A stretch of 64,000 bases of DNA. It comes from Histomonas meleagridis 2922-C6/04-290x. Lineage: Eukaryota > Protista > Parabasalia. This document shows positions 24,793 to 37,797 of the stretch, piece by piece (the stretch's first letter is position 1; each line of letters begins with the position of its first letter). The notes beneath the pieces were generated by a model, which was not told the origin of the DNA, did no database searches, and saw nothing but the letters and a program-made list of their open reading frames with translations. Both the position numbers and the translations under genes were made by a program. The DNA lies in the NCBI GenBank assembly GCA_020184695.1, contig JAANOX010000047.1:124001-188000 (forward strand), written 5' to 3'.

Positions 24793-26152
24793 GAACTCCA
24801 TTATAAATTCACTCTCTATAGCAGTTTATTTTTACATTACATTACACATTACATGTGTTAATAGTATATTATATAACAATAAACAGTTTATTAACGGCCT
24901 CTACGAGGCCTATTAAAAGATTTTGATTTAAAAGTAATATTTGTTAACATTACACTCTCTTGTATAGATATACCATTTGTAAGATATTAATTCTCTATTA
25001 AATATATCCTATTTAACGGATTATCTTATAACGAAAACATCTAAGGGCCCTGAGGCGAAGCCGTAAGATGGGCCTGTAGATGTTCTGTGTGTGTGTGCGT
25101 GTGTGTGTGTGTACAAATCCATGATCGAAATTCTATGGCCTCCAGGAAAAATTATTATTTTACTCATCTCGCCAGTATCGTGATCTGGAATTCCTGTTGC
25201 TTGTGCAATTTTCGAAATTCTAAGGTAACCTCTTGAAAGTTTCATTATAACACATTCGAGCATTGATATTTTTTTTATATTTTGTGTAGTCATTATTAGG
25301 TTTTGGTAGGTATATAATGCGGTCGTGACCAATCCCGAGGGGCCTAGGGGCCCACCCCGGAAGGTTTAAAATCTCAAAAAATACTCTATATATTTATATA
25401 GATAACTCTCTGAGCCAGAAATAATTATTTTTTTAATTACACTTTCATTAAACCAAGCATTTCAAGATTTCCCTCTGCACAATTTTTTGTTATTCCTGAA
25501 TATATCTAATTCTGCAAACTGCTTTATAATCATACAGATTTTTGATTGATTTCTGATGTCCAATTTGGGCTTTGGAAAAGAAAGCTCCTGAATTTGACAT
25601 GTCGAGTTTTATGTGACATGTGATATGAAATATAGAAAAGGTGATTGTTTGTCTAAGAGTTGTTAATAAATCGACATTTATATTAACATATGTTGATGCA
25701 TTGTAATTTATTAAATAATGAGCACGATTTGTCTGTGGAATTTTTAAAAATTCTATTTTGATTTGTGTTTCATTATTAAATCATTTTGATCGTTAATTAT
25801 ACGATATTGCATTAAAATTTGTAAGTCACTAGCATTTTAACATATAATAATGATAACAATAACTATACACTATTTTGTGAACTGCTACTGAATTTTTGGA
25901 AAATAAAAAATATATATCTCAAAATTCATGTTATGATTTTTTCTTACCTTAAACTTGCACGAATATTCATCTTATTGTCATTTTTTATTAAAACTACCAT
26001 AAATTGACAACATTGCGTCAAAATTATAGAATCATTTCTCGAATTCGAGATCAATTTTCATAAGCCCTTGGAAGGGTATTGAAGTTTTTTGGTATTATTA
26101 AAACGACTGTTCATTAACGCGCCACTTCTTAACGGCCTATATTTTGGCGGCA

Positions 26153-27142
26153 ATGAAAGAAAGCATCTCAAATGAAAGTTCTTTAAAAGAAAGAATTTTA
26201 TTCCTTGAAAACGAGTTACATTCCAAAGGTAAAAGAATCATTGAATTACAGAAAGATGCATCAGCTGCAAACCAACAATATGAAGAATTATTATCTCGAA
26301 TTGTTGAATTACAAACCACCAACACAGCGCTTTCAACCAAGATTTCACGAACCATGTTATACAAGAATAAAGTCAAGCAACAAACCCAATTAATTCAGAG
26401 GCAAAAACAAATATTTTCGGAAAAAGAAAACGCGTTAAATTCTACAATTGAGCAACTCCAAAAAGAAAATGAAAAAAGTAAAGAAGAGTTAAAACATATG
26501 AAAGAAATTATACAACAATATCAAATACAATTATCTCAAAAAGAAGAAGAAATTAAAAGCCTTACACTTCGAAACCAAGCCCTTGAAGGAGAAAATGTAA
26601 GAACAAAAGCGCAACAACGAAATTTTGAAAATGAAAACATAAATATTAATTCTCAATTACTTTCTTTACAAAAATCATATGAAATTGAAATAAGTAATCA
26701 AAATAATACTATTGAACAACAGAAGCTTGAAATTAAAAGAACTAAAAAAGATTTAGAAAATCTTCAAAATGTTTATCGAAATTCAACATTTCTCTTAACA
26801 GATTCATACAATTACATTCCGCCAAAGTCTTTCCTACAGATATTAGAGCAAAAACTAAAACAAAAAGGCAAAATTGAATTATCAGAAACTTCTGAAACTG
26901 AAAAGTATTCACCTATAATACCCAAGAAAAAAATAAAATTACTGTCACCAAATACATCAGAGTGTGAATCACCAAAGAGAAAAAGTATTGGCAGTCAACA
27001 AATTCAAACACCAATTTTAACATATAATAATTTTGAAGATCAAAGTTCACTTTCACTTGAAAAAATAATACAAATGCATAATAGACTATGGGAAGAGGAG
27101 AATCAACAAGAAGAATCAATTACTCAAAAACGCTTTAAGTAA
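26153..27142 (+). CDS. Coiled-coil protein of unknown function
   Basis: Open frame of ~329 codons from ATG 26153; Q/E/K-rich heptads. Confidence 0.75.
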   Translation: MKESISNESSLKERILFLENELHSKGKRIIELQKDASAANQQYEELLSRIVELQTTNTALSTKISRTMLYKNKVKQQTQLIQRQKQIFSEKENALNSTIEQLQKENEKSKEELKHMKEIIQQYQIQLSQKEEEIKSLTLRNQALEGENVRTKAQQRNFENENININSQLLSLQKSYEIEISNQNNTIEQQKLEIKRTKKDLENLQNVYRNSTFLLTDSYNYIPPKSFLQILEQKLKQKGKIELSETSETEKYSPIIPKKKIKLLSPNTSECESPKRKSIGSQQIQTPILTYNNFEDQSSLSLEKIIQMHNRLWEEENQQEESITQKRFK

Positions 27143-27310
27143 ATTGTTAATATATAATCCTTATTTCTTCTTTTAAATTTTGAAAATGAATCAATTTGAT
27201 ACAAAAACAAAAAATATATATAGATCTTTAATATTAACATATGGAAAAGTTCAACAAATAAAATGACTAAAAATATACAGATATTTATATCACATTTTTT
27301 AGAAATGTAA

Positions 27311-27383
27311 GCTTTGGTAGCTCAATCGGCAGAGCGCAGGTCTCATAATCCTGAGGTCGTGGGTTCGAGCCCCATCCAAAGCA
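27311..27383 (+). tRNA. tRNA-Met (CAT), elongator type
   Basis: GCTTTGG/CCAAAGC acceptor stem, anticodon loop CTCATAA (CAT 27344-27346), T-loop GGTTCGA. Confidence 0.95.
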
Positions 27384-27689
27384 AAATGGATCATTTTTTG
27401 TTTTTTCCCCTGAAAATGCAGCTACTTACTCGCAGGAAGGAAACAGAAGTCCTCAGTCAGGAGGGTTACGAATTTTAAACCCACGAGATCGCTTATCATC
27501 TAATGATTCAGAAGATCTTTTGACTTTATCTACCCCAGTTGACTCTTCTCGCACATTCTACACCCTTTGGAGCTTCGATATCTCCAAAACTTCGGGGCCA
27601 AGTTTTGTAAGAAGATATCATCTACGCCGCTGATAAAATCGCTTTTGACCATCTCAAAAACCTTCCAAATGTGAGACTATTCAAAAGAC

Positions 27690-29410
27690 TTTTTCTTAGA
27701 AAACCGGAAATTCCTGAACCTGATTTTATAAATTCTGACTATTCCGATGATTCCTCTAAATTTTTTTTCGATAAGACGGATAGCAGCGAGATTCAGCCAC
27801 AAAACGATTAACCTTTAGAATTTACAGATAATTTTCTTGGAAATCCAGAAGACGATGACGATGAAAATCCAATTCAATTTGATGTTAACATTCAGACAGT
27901 CGATGAAGTCAATGAACAGAAGATATCTCAAATAAAGTTATTAACAAGCTCAAAACAATCACTGATATAAAACAACTCAAAGAATACATTGATACGCTTA
28001 ATTAATCAGTTTTTGACAAATATTCAGATTTTGATATAATGGAACTTAATTTAATTCGACTTATGATTTTGAGGAACTGGTTCCCACAACCTTATATTTA
28101 TTGTTGTAAATATCATAGCTGCAATTATGGTATCAACCATTACAACAAATTGATTCACATTTATTCAATACTCATCAAGAACAATATCAAAAACACAATT
28201 TCTAACATCAAAAATCATTTAATATTTATTAGAAAAAGATACTGAGTGGTACAAATATGATCATACAAATAATACTTATAGCAAATTAGAACAAATAAAT
28301 ATTTGTTCAATAAATAACTGTAATTATGTTACAACCAAAACAGGATCAGCATATGATCACTATAAAAAGCAGCATAAAACCTACCTCAAATGGCGGAAAG
28401 ATGCAGGTCCTTTTTGGGATCTAATTATGAGTTATGTTAGAGAAAATATTACATTACCTACAATTTATGTAGTTATTAAGACCTATAGATTGTTTTGAAT
28501 GTACAATATGTGGAACAATAGTTAGTTCAGTCCAAGCTATGAGACTTCATAATTCCCAAACTCATATCAATTTAAGACAAACAGTTAGAGGTTCTAGACC
28601 AAATAATATTCAAGAAATGTTTATCAAGTTGTTCGATTGGTATATTACATTAAGGTATATTACTCAGAAATTGTATGATTTTTGTCAAATTTCCGTACAG
28701 CCGATGTACAAAAAATCTCAAAAATGATTTGAATGATAATTGTCCAAACAAACTATCCAAATATCTCTCAACGTGGATGAAAATCTGTTCAATTTACACT
28801 TTTTGAATGTTTTACTCAGAAATTGAATGAATTATTATAATTTCTGTACAGGGCAACTATATAAATGACTTTTTCTGAAAAAACCTGACATTCCTGACCC
28901 TGATCTTCTAAATTATGAATATTCCAATGATTTTTCTGAATTTTCTTTCGAGGAAAACGAAAACAGCGAGATTCATACACAAAACGAAAAACTTAATTGA
29001 TTATCCGACAAATTCCTTATCAATTCAGAAAACGAAAACAAAAACGATGACGATGATACTTTAGTTCATTTAAATGCTAACATTCAGCCAATCGATGCCA
29101 ATGATGAACCCTTAAATGGAATCATAAACAAACTCAAAGAAATCACCGATATTGACGAATTAAAAAGTTACATCGATACTCTAAATGAATAAAATTCTAA
29201 TCATTTTTCAGATTCTGATAATATTGAACTTAATTTGACTGGTTTCCACAACCATATATTTATTGTTGTAAATTTCAAAATTGCAATTTGGTTAGTAACC
29301 ACCATCAACAAAATGATTCTCACCTATTCAATGCAAATCAAGAACAATGTCACAAACATAACTGTTTAACATCCGAAGTTATTGGTTACATATTAGAAAA
29401 AGATACTAAT
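27690..29410 (+). pseudogene. Degenerate tandemly duplicated ORF with C2H2 zinc finger(s)
   Basis: Two diverged copies ~1.16 kb apart (e.g. 27701 vs ~28880; 28078 vs 29240); CTICGTIVSSVQAMRLHNSQTH at ~28500-28565 fits C-x2-C-x12-H-x4-H. Confidence 0.6.
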
Positions 29411-30844
29411 TCGTATGAATATGACAATACATTTTTTCAAATGATAAAATATATATAATTTTTGTTATATCACTTCCTAATTCTTTACAAATAGCTATTT
29501 CTCTAACAATAATATGCCCCGTTTTATTCGACAAACATAATAATATCTTTATTATGATATGTTCAATAAAATAATTGTGCTTGAATTGAATTAAATTTAT
29601 TTGATCGAAAATCGTTTTCATGTTTCTCCATTTTCAATAACTATAATCGGAAGTTTCTTAAGTTTTGGATAATATAAATTTCTTCCTTTTTACGTTATTC
29701 TTGATTATCTTCAATTTTAAGTAAAAATGAATTTTTAACTTATAGATATTTAATAGATGCAATAGTAATTAAATATTTTTCTTTACTAGGATTAGTAACA
29801 TATGTTTTAATATCTAACTCAACTTCAGGGAATCGTTTATGAATATTAATTTCTTATGAAGAATATCTATTACTTCCATCTGATAATATGTGAAATTTCA
29901 GTGTTTTTGGGTAAATTTGAATAAGATTTTTTTTTTCTGAATAAAATTGTTTTAATTTTTCGGAAACATAAATGTCACATATCTGTGCTAGTTTTAATAT
30001 ATGTTTCGATAATTATTCTAACATTCACTCTAAATTATATATCGCTTTTCACTATTCTTTGCATCCGAAAGATTAATAATATTATAATTTAAAATACTTC
30101 AACAAAAAAATTTTCATTTTTTGAATTATCACTTTTTGAATGTAATGAGGTTTGGAATTAGAAGCTTTTAACGCGGAATTTTCTGTATGAATAATGAATT
30201 ATTATTCAATAATTAAATTAACATCATTTTTCGGAAAATTTTTCAATTATTTGACAAGATTCTAAGATATTTGATTCAAAGATATTTCTGATATAGATGT
30301 TTACCTTCATCTATAAATCCGAGAAATGTGGCTAATATTAGAAAATATAATATTTATTCAATTTGCATTATTCTGAAATAATTTCATTTTTAATTATTTT
30401 AATAATATTATATTAAAGGTTCCAACCCATATCAAGTTTATTAATCATTTATATTTATGAATTTTTTTGATTTTTAATAATTGATATTATTTTCTTCACA
30501 TCAAATTAATGTATAAAATTAATGAAACTAAAATGCATATATAATACGAAGATTTATAATGTTATAGGATTGATTCATAACAATTTTTTTGTAAGATTAG
30601 ATTTTCAAAATTTCGAAATTTTCAACGAAAAATTTAAATATTACAAAATTTAAACAAATTCGCAAGATATGTTATCAAATAAAGAGAAAATGTAGAGATA
30701 ATTGAAAAATTAAATATCCAAAATTTCGAAATGTACAACAAAAAATTTAAATAAAACACTATTTTTATATCTTACCTATTTTCGAAAAATAAAAAATCAA
30801 TTATGGCAATCAAAGAAATGGATTTTTACTTATTCCAATTCTTC

Positions 30845-31798
30845 TTATTTTTCTTCATTGCAATCAATCACTTTTGTAAACTTTGTGTCTGCAATTAATT
30901 GAACTGCTGCCCGAAACATTTGATTTTGATTATGAATAACATTCCATCTCCACATAAATTCTGATATATGTTCATTGACTTTGTTTTCTGGGATTCCTTC
31001 ATACCTTTTATTGATTTTTTTAAGTTTCTTCCAAAGTCTTTCTATCATTTGTTTGTGCGCTTTAGTTTCAGGATCAACAAAATTACATGAATGATTCACA
31101 GTTTCATGCTCGTAATCATTGTCATCATCAAGAAAATCATATGCTTTCCAGCAATCAGAAATTATTTTTGTTTCAGGTAATATATGATTACGAATCTCTT
31201 CTTCTAATGTTTCTCTTGTTCGATCTGGCACATCAAGACATAAGAATTGTCTATCTTCAACACAAATTCCCCCAAAGATTCATACTTGCTTTAACCCCCG
31301 TCCAACATTATACTTTCTTCGACACATTAAAGTTTCATCTATTTGAACAGTTTTACCTGGACCACCGGCAATAAGACCTTCTAAAGATAAAACATATGCA
31401 TCACATGCATTTCGAAATAATGTAAAATAATATGTTACAGTGTTTCTGCTAACTACTACTTCTCTTGCAGTATCTTTGCATGAATATTTATATGCCCAAC
31501 AATATAATAAATGAAAAATTTTTGAAAGAGGAATTTTTGCTGAATAAAAAATACTTCCATATAAAATGCTTTTGGTTTCATGACATTGTGGGCATATCCA
31601 TTTATACCCAAATCCTTTTGATAGATCTCTGTAAATCTGCATATTGATTTTGCATTCTTCACACGTCATTTGATTGTAAATAACACCATTTTGTATTGCT
31701 AATTGAATTGCTGCGTCTTCGTTAGTAAAAAGCCGATAATAAGCAAGAGTACTGTCGATAAATGGAAATGAAGATTGCTGAGGCTGATTGTAATTCAT
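30845..31798 (-). mobile_element. Merlin/IS1595 (ISXO2-like) transposase with one nonsense codon
   Basis: CEEC..CPQC zinc ribbon, VQIDET, V*IFGGI, ISDCWKAY, VNHS..FVDP..IERLW; the two ORFs are in frame across TGA at 31280-31282. Confidence 0.88.
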
Positions 31799-31979
31799 AA
31801 TAGAATATAAATATTAAACGCATAATATGTAAAATATTAAATAATTATAATGCATAAAAGGAACATTTATTTATTAGTTCGAGTTAGTAGTAAGTAATGA
31901 TTATAATTAACATAAATCAATTAATTTATATATAATTTCGTATAAACAATATACTAATATACTAATATACTAACCCACT

Positions 31980-33137
31980 ATTGGGAAACTTGAAATATTA
32001 AAAGAAAGTCAAATAAATGGAACTTTTCGAGTTGAAAATGGAGGAAGCTTAGTTGTTGATAGAACAACTTATCAAAATATTGATCAATCATTCAAATCCA
32101 TATTCAAATTTTATGAATATTTAATTAATTATCCATTTTATACATTAAATGTTGATGATGATAAATCTGCAATTGTTACGATTGATAATATAGATATTAT
32201 TTTAGATTCAATATCAAGGTTTATAAATATAGGATATATGCGAATTGATATATATTCATCTAATCTTAATCGAAAGATCACAATCCTAAATGATGAAGCT
32301 TATGATTCAATTGTTGAATTTGTTTGTAATTCAAGTCAAATTGAATTAGAAGGAAAGCATTTGTTGATTGTTTATACACAAGAAATATCATTTGAAATAA
32401 CTCCGAATAGTTTCATTACTTTCAAAGCTAATCATCATATATCTCGTGTTAAAATTCCAAATATCAACTTTGATTCGAACGAAATTATAAATATTGGATT
32501 TGATTTCGATCATTCAACAATTGGAGAGATTTTTTCTGATATAATGCGAATTAATGGAAGTGGTTTCATTGATATTCCTGAGAAAATGATTATAAATAAT
32601 CAAGAACTTACTGGATTAAGTTTAATTATAATAAATGGAATTGGTATTGCTGTCATTCATTATTATGAAGAAAAAAATGTAAGTTTAAATTCATTAAATG
32701 ATGGTGAAACACAACTACATATTTCGATTAATTCGATCAATTCATATAAGTCAATTAAAATCACTGGTTATTTAAAAGAAGATTCAAGAATAAATTTAAG
32801 TGTTTTAATCAACGATTCACTTGAAATAAATAAAAGATTATTGATTGTTGAAACAGAAAAGAAAATAATGTTTAATCATATCAATATAAAAATAAAGAAT
32901 GGAGATGTTAAAATAATCGAAACTGATAATTGAATTGAGATTGAAGGAATGGAGAAAGATAAAAATAATTATGGAAAATGGTTAATTATTGGCGTTGTTA
33001 TTGGTGTTGTGGTGGTTGCTGTTGTAGTAACTGTCATTATAATTTATGTAAAGAGAAGAAATGTAAAAGATAAAGAAGCTATGTGGATAATGGAAAGATT
33101 ATATATATTGGGAATAAAAATCTATAAAAAAGGTTGA
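31980..33137 (+). pseudogene. 3' remnant of a single-pass surface protein gene
   Basis: ORF fragments 32238-32933 and 32949-33137 ending in TM WLIIGVVIGVVVVAVVVTVIIIYV plus basic KRRNVK. Confidence 0.55.
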
Positions 33138-33549
33138 AAGATATTTTTAGTTGAGATAAAACATTGTATTTTGAATTATTCATTCCGTAAAAATCGTTAT
33201 TTTTATTTATTTTTAAGTTGAATGGATGCCTCTTGTATGTGTGAAAAAGTTTATTTCTAAATTGAAATATCTTTAATATATTGAGCTAATTTTTAATGGT
33301 ATTTTAAAAAATTTTAGAAATAATGGGAAAGGATGAATGTAATATCCCATTGAGTGACAATATATGAATCTTCAGAAAATTTCATGACAAAAAATGTGTA
33401 ACATATTTATCAGATTTGAAAAGGAATATTTTCTCACAAAAATAATTGGAATGGAAATTTTTCAATGGTATTCAAAAAATCACGCATAATTGATAGGTAT
33501 TCCCACTTTTTGAAAGCATCGCTAAAATTATAGCCAATCACAATTCCAT

Positions 33550-34436
33550 TATGCACCATTAAGTTGAACCCTGTTGCTTCCCATGAAGATCGTATGATTT
33601 TTTCATTAACCGCTGATTGATATGATTTTTTGATTTTGATTAATTTTTGAGTGAATTTTGAAATTAATTTTTGTTCTTTTAGTGTAGCAGAATATTTTTT
33701 TTAATACTGCAAATAATGCAGCATCAAGCATTTGTGTGATATGGCTGGAATGTGGTGGTATAAATATTATTTTAATTAAAATAATTGTCGCCAATTTCTT
33801 CAAATTCTTTTTGCACATCTTCTCCAAAATGTGTTGAACAACCATCACATATAATAACACAATGTTTTGGACCATTTGTGGTTCATCGTATCATGCGCAC
33901 ATATGGTGCTAGAATATTTCTAACCCAATATACCATTGATTGTTGTGTCATATAACCTTTTCTTGTAAGAAAATAAGAACCCCATCTAAAAAAGAAAGTA
34001 TTATGAATATCTTCATCAAACGTATTATTTGTTCAAAGACATAATGGTGTCAATGATGTACAAGCAGCTGTAATAGCTGTAACGAATGAAATATGATGCA
34101 AATCAGTATTTTCTCTTCAATATGGATAAGTATTGCAAACTTTACAAATAAATACATTTTTTCTTTTGCCTTTTTCTGGTCTTTTACTGAAACCAGTCTC
34201 ATCAAAATTCATTAGAAGCTAAGGAATTGATGGATTAGCAATAAGTGCTTCAATCTCTTGAATATATCTTTCCACTTCATTTGGATCAATTTGAGCGCGA
34301 TTATCTTCAATTGAAGATGCACTAACTTTTGCGATTCAGAACTTAGGCATTTGCTATGGACTTTAAGTCCATTTTCGAGACCAAAAACGTAGAGACATCG
34401 ACTTAATTCAGGAACAGTAACAGCTTCTGTCATCAA
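33550..34436 (-). mobile_element. pogo/Tigger-like DDE_1 transposase remnant
   Basis: IFIPPHSSHITQMLDAALFAVLKK motif; fragmented upstream frames. Confidence 0.7.
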
Positions 34437-35082
34437 TTAAAAAAAATGATATATTTTTGTGAATAACTAATAAACAATTTGGATAATAGGTAACTAGTAA
34501 TATGATCTTACCGGGACTGTGGAATGCATACACACTTTTATACGCGCTTTTCGTAATGAACTATTCAAATACGTACTTTTTTGAATGCACGCCGATCTAA
34601 CCGATAAAAATTCCAATTTTTTTAATTTTTTTTTAACTTTGAAAATCAAACTTGATGATTATCGATAAAATTAATATATAATATAGCTTATATAAAGTAA
34701 TAAAATAATTTAATGTTAAATCTCCAAAAAATTAATTCCAAAATGAAATAAGATTAATTTGAGAAAATATTTTTATTTTAAAATTCCATTAGCATTAATC
34801 GAATCTACACATTCAAGAATATATATCTATAATGTTCTTTTGGATTAAAATATCTTATATTCATGGGAAGAGATGTTGATATTTTTCAATAAAATTGAGT
34901 TGTATTGAATTATTGAATGAGTATTCAATTCTTACGTGGAAAAACCGTAAATAAAAACAACACATTCAAAAAAATTTGACGTACTATATATCAAAAAATA
35001 TATATAATGAATCAACTGTTTTAATTTTTTGGCACTTAATTTTTGTTGGAGTAATTTGACATATGTTTTGTCTTTGACGGTT

Positions 35083-35136
35083 AAAAGTGGACAATTTTTA
35101 GCTTCCAATGGTCGAATTTTTGTGGCCGGCACTGTA
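35083..35136 (-). repeat. Tc1-like terminal inverted repeat with TA
   Basis: Minus strand reads TA-CAGTGCCGGCCACAAAAATTCGACC; second copy (2 mismatches over 51 nt) at 46414-46464. Confidence 0.7.
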
Positions 35137-35849
35137 AATTTTTTCACTTTTTAATCAAATTTTGAAATAAATAATTCGATGCAATTTCATGAATTTTTTG
35201 TCCAAACTCGTCTCAAATTATCAGAAAAAAATCAGTGATTTTTAAAAACATACTTATTCGAAAAAATGTTAATCAGAAAATGGAGAAATATACAGAAAAT
35301 CTTCATATACGTTTACGATTCAATTGAAAATAATCGTCGTTGCTATTACGCGTTTTCGCGTCAAAAGCGACGTTTTCACCCGACACGACGGTACTATAAT
35401 GTATGCAATGTCGATAACTCGCTATTTAATAATATCTGTTTCAGCATCTTTGCCAAATTTTATTTTTGTTTAAAAAACATGGCGAAAATTGTAAATTATT
35501 CATAATGGAATTGAATGATATCAATTCTTCAGAAAACAAATTGAAACCCAATCTTTGAATGCAATTTACACTCAATTCAAATTCTCCATTTTGATTGAAT
35601 GGAGTCATAACTTTTTGAATACTACCCATTCAAACTTCCCACGGTTGTAGGACAGTACCTATGCAAGTTATATGTATAACTTATTTATGGATGTCCGAAG
35701 AGTAATGACAAATAGTCAATCTAAAAAAATTGGGAGCAAGTTATAATTACATTTCACAATATTAATATGGTTAAGCGCGAGAATCTCGAAGAAATTCGAT
35801 GAATACAATGCACAAGTGCAAGGGTCGAAAACTGGATCTCACCATATCG

Positions 35850-36384
35850 TAGTGTCATCGATAGTTATGATCGTAGAATGTTGTTTGACAAGGATGAAAT
35901 CACAATTACTACATCATCCAAGTATTGACAAAAGATTCTTCTGGTATTCGTTCCAAACCAGGGAAAGATCAACATATCACAGCCTGTGTTACAATTGGCA
36001 CATATTTTCCATTTTCGAAGCCTCGTTTAATCCTTCAAAACAAGAAGAAACTTCCCAAAGATTTACTTTGCTTCTGTTCTAAAGCTAGTTTTTATAGTAC
36101 GCGCACAGGTTGGATAATAAGAAAACCTATTTTAATATGCAATAAATGTGGAAGTAGATTTGTTTAATTGGCGAAAAACACTACCACCACCATTATGTGA
36201 CCAAAGGATTTTGCTTATTGTTGATGGCCACAGATCTCGCAAATTCCCTGATGCAATACTACATCTATTTTCATTGGACATTGATATACTGACATTACTA
36301 GGTCACAGTACACATGTGCTTCAGCCTTTTGATGTATTACTAGTTCACATAAATGGGAAATCACAAAAGAAATCGAAAAAATAA
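35850..36384 (+). mobile_element. pogo-like DDE_1 transposase remnant
   Basis: HITACVTI, RILLIVDGHRSR, LLGHSTHVLQPFDV in shifted frames. Confidence 0.75.
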
Positions 36385-36899
36385 AACCATAGATGGAAAA
36401 TGGGAAACTATACGTTTAAACTACTGATTCTGGGACTCGGAGGTGGATACTTGTATATTATTTAATTGAAGCATTAATAAAAACATGTACAATTTGGAAA
36501 ACTCAAGAGGCTTTTCAAAGATAACGAATAATGAAGAATTAAAAAGAAAAATTGAAAGTTTATAAGTTATTTTCATTTGAAATGGTAAATAAAATAATTG
36601 CAAGTTATATCAAAAACATCAATTTCGATCATACTTCTAATTTTGCAGGGAAGCAAATATAAATGAAAATGAAATTGAAGATGAGCAGCTTGTTGAATGT
36701 CTACAGAATTCGTCGTAATTAATGAATAATGAAAAATATGTTATTGTACACAAAAATGTATAATAAGATTTTGGTAATCAGCTCGAACTTTTTTCAAAAT
36801 AATCATCATTGAGTCGAAAACTTAACAGTAGGTAGGATTTATATCATGTAAGGACATTTGTTTTAGTTTTAAGTGTTCTAATTCTACAAAAGTTCCTCA

Positions 36900-37500
36900 A
36901 AAATTGGATATTGAATATCCAAAATATAGGAAAAAAAGAAATCCAAAAAATGTTGATCAGAAAATGGTTGACATGATTCTGAATCACACATTCAGACAAG
37001 AAAGTTTCAAGTTGGTTATCAAAGGATGATAGACGTACTTTTGAAAAATGGTTTCACTACTAGGCAAAATTCAGTAAAAGGTATATATGAAGAGGAAGGA
37101 CTTTTTTATTCGAGAAAAAATATTAATCAGATAATGTTCATGATTCAAGGTTTGTTTCCTCGTGTAAATCAAATTTGGCATACAGATCTGCATTATATTT
37201 TCTTTTTATATTAAAAAAAAAAAGGAGCATCAGAAATATTTAATCGATTTTATCGATGACAGATACCGAAAAATTTTATATTCCGAAGTTCTCGATGATA
37301 AAACAGATGATATGGTCGCTCTTGATATTGTTATAGCAGGAACAAATCATGTACCTCACACAATAGTCATCGATAGTGGTGGAGAATTCGTTGGCAATGC
37401 ATTTATTCTCGATTAAAACAATATGATGTTAGACAGATTTGTATCCATCCGTCTAACCCTGAAGAAAATGTTCAGATCGAACGTTTTTGGAGAACTTATA
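36900..37500 (+). mobile_element. rve-type integrase/IS481-like transposase remnant
   Basis: QIWHTDLH, FIDDRYRK, IVIDSGGEF, HPSNPEENVQIERFW in broken frames. Confidence 0.72.
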
Positions 37501-37797
37501 AATATGCAAAGACCGATAACTTGTGGATGAATATAATATGTAATGGACTCACAAAGGTTTATATATGATAAATAAAAATAAAATTAACTTCACAAGAAGC
37601 TAGGGAATAAATATCTAAATATGATAATTCACAAATTGAAGATGAACTCAAATTAAAATATATCTAAACATCAAATAGGCATTAATATAATTTTTAATTA
37701 TGTGTGACAATTAATGTCTAGCGACCGTTTACGCAAGCCCCCCATCGTACCACGGTTAATGATAAAATATTATTTAAATACTAACTTTCCCGATATA

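Larger units (their letters stand above)
19931..25112. mobile_element. Internally deleted Maverick/Polinton-like element
   Basis: TIRs 19931-20240 and 24793-25112 ending in (AC)n/(GT)n; 5-bp direct repeat ACAAA at 19926-19930 and 25113-25117; helicase and fibre-like remnants inside. Confidence 0.8.

Noticed and set aside
25021-25332. Minus-strand 103-aa ORF spanning the Maverick-like right end
   Set aside because: Crosses the TIR boundary and translates the (GT)n microsatellite (HTHAHTH); likely spurious
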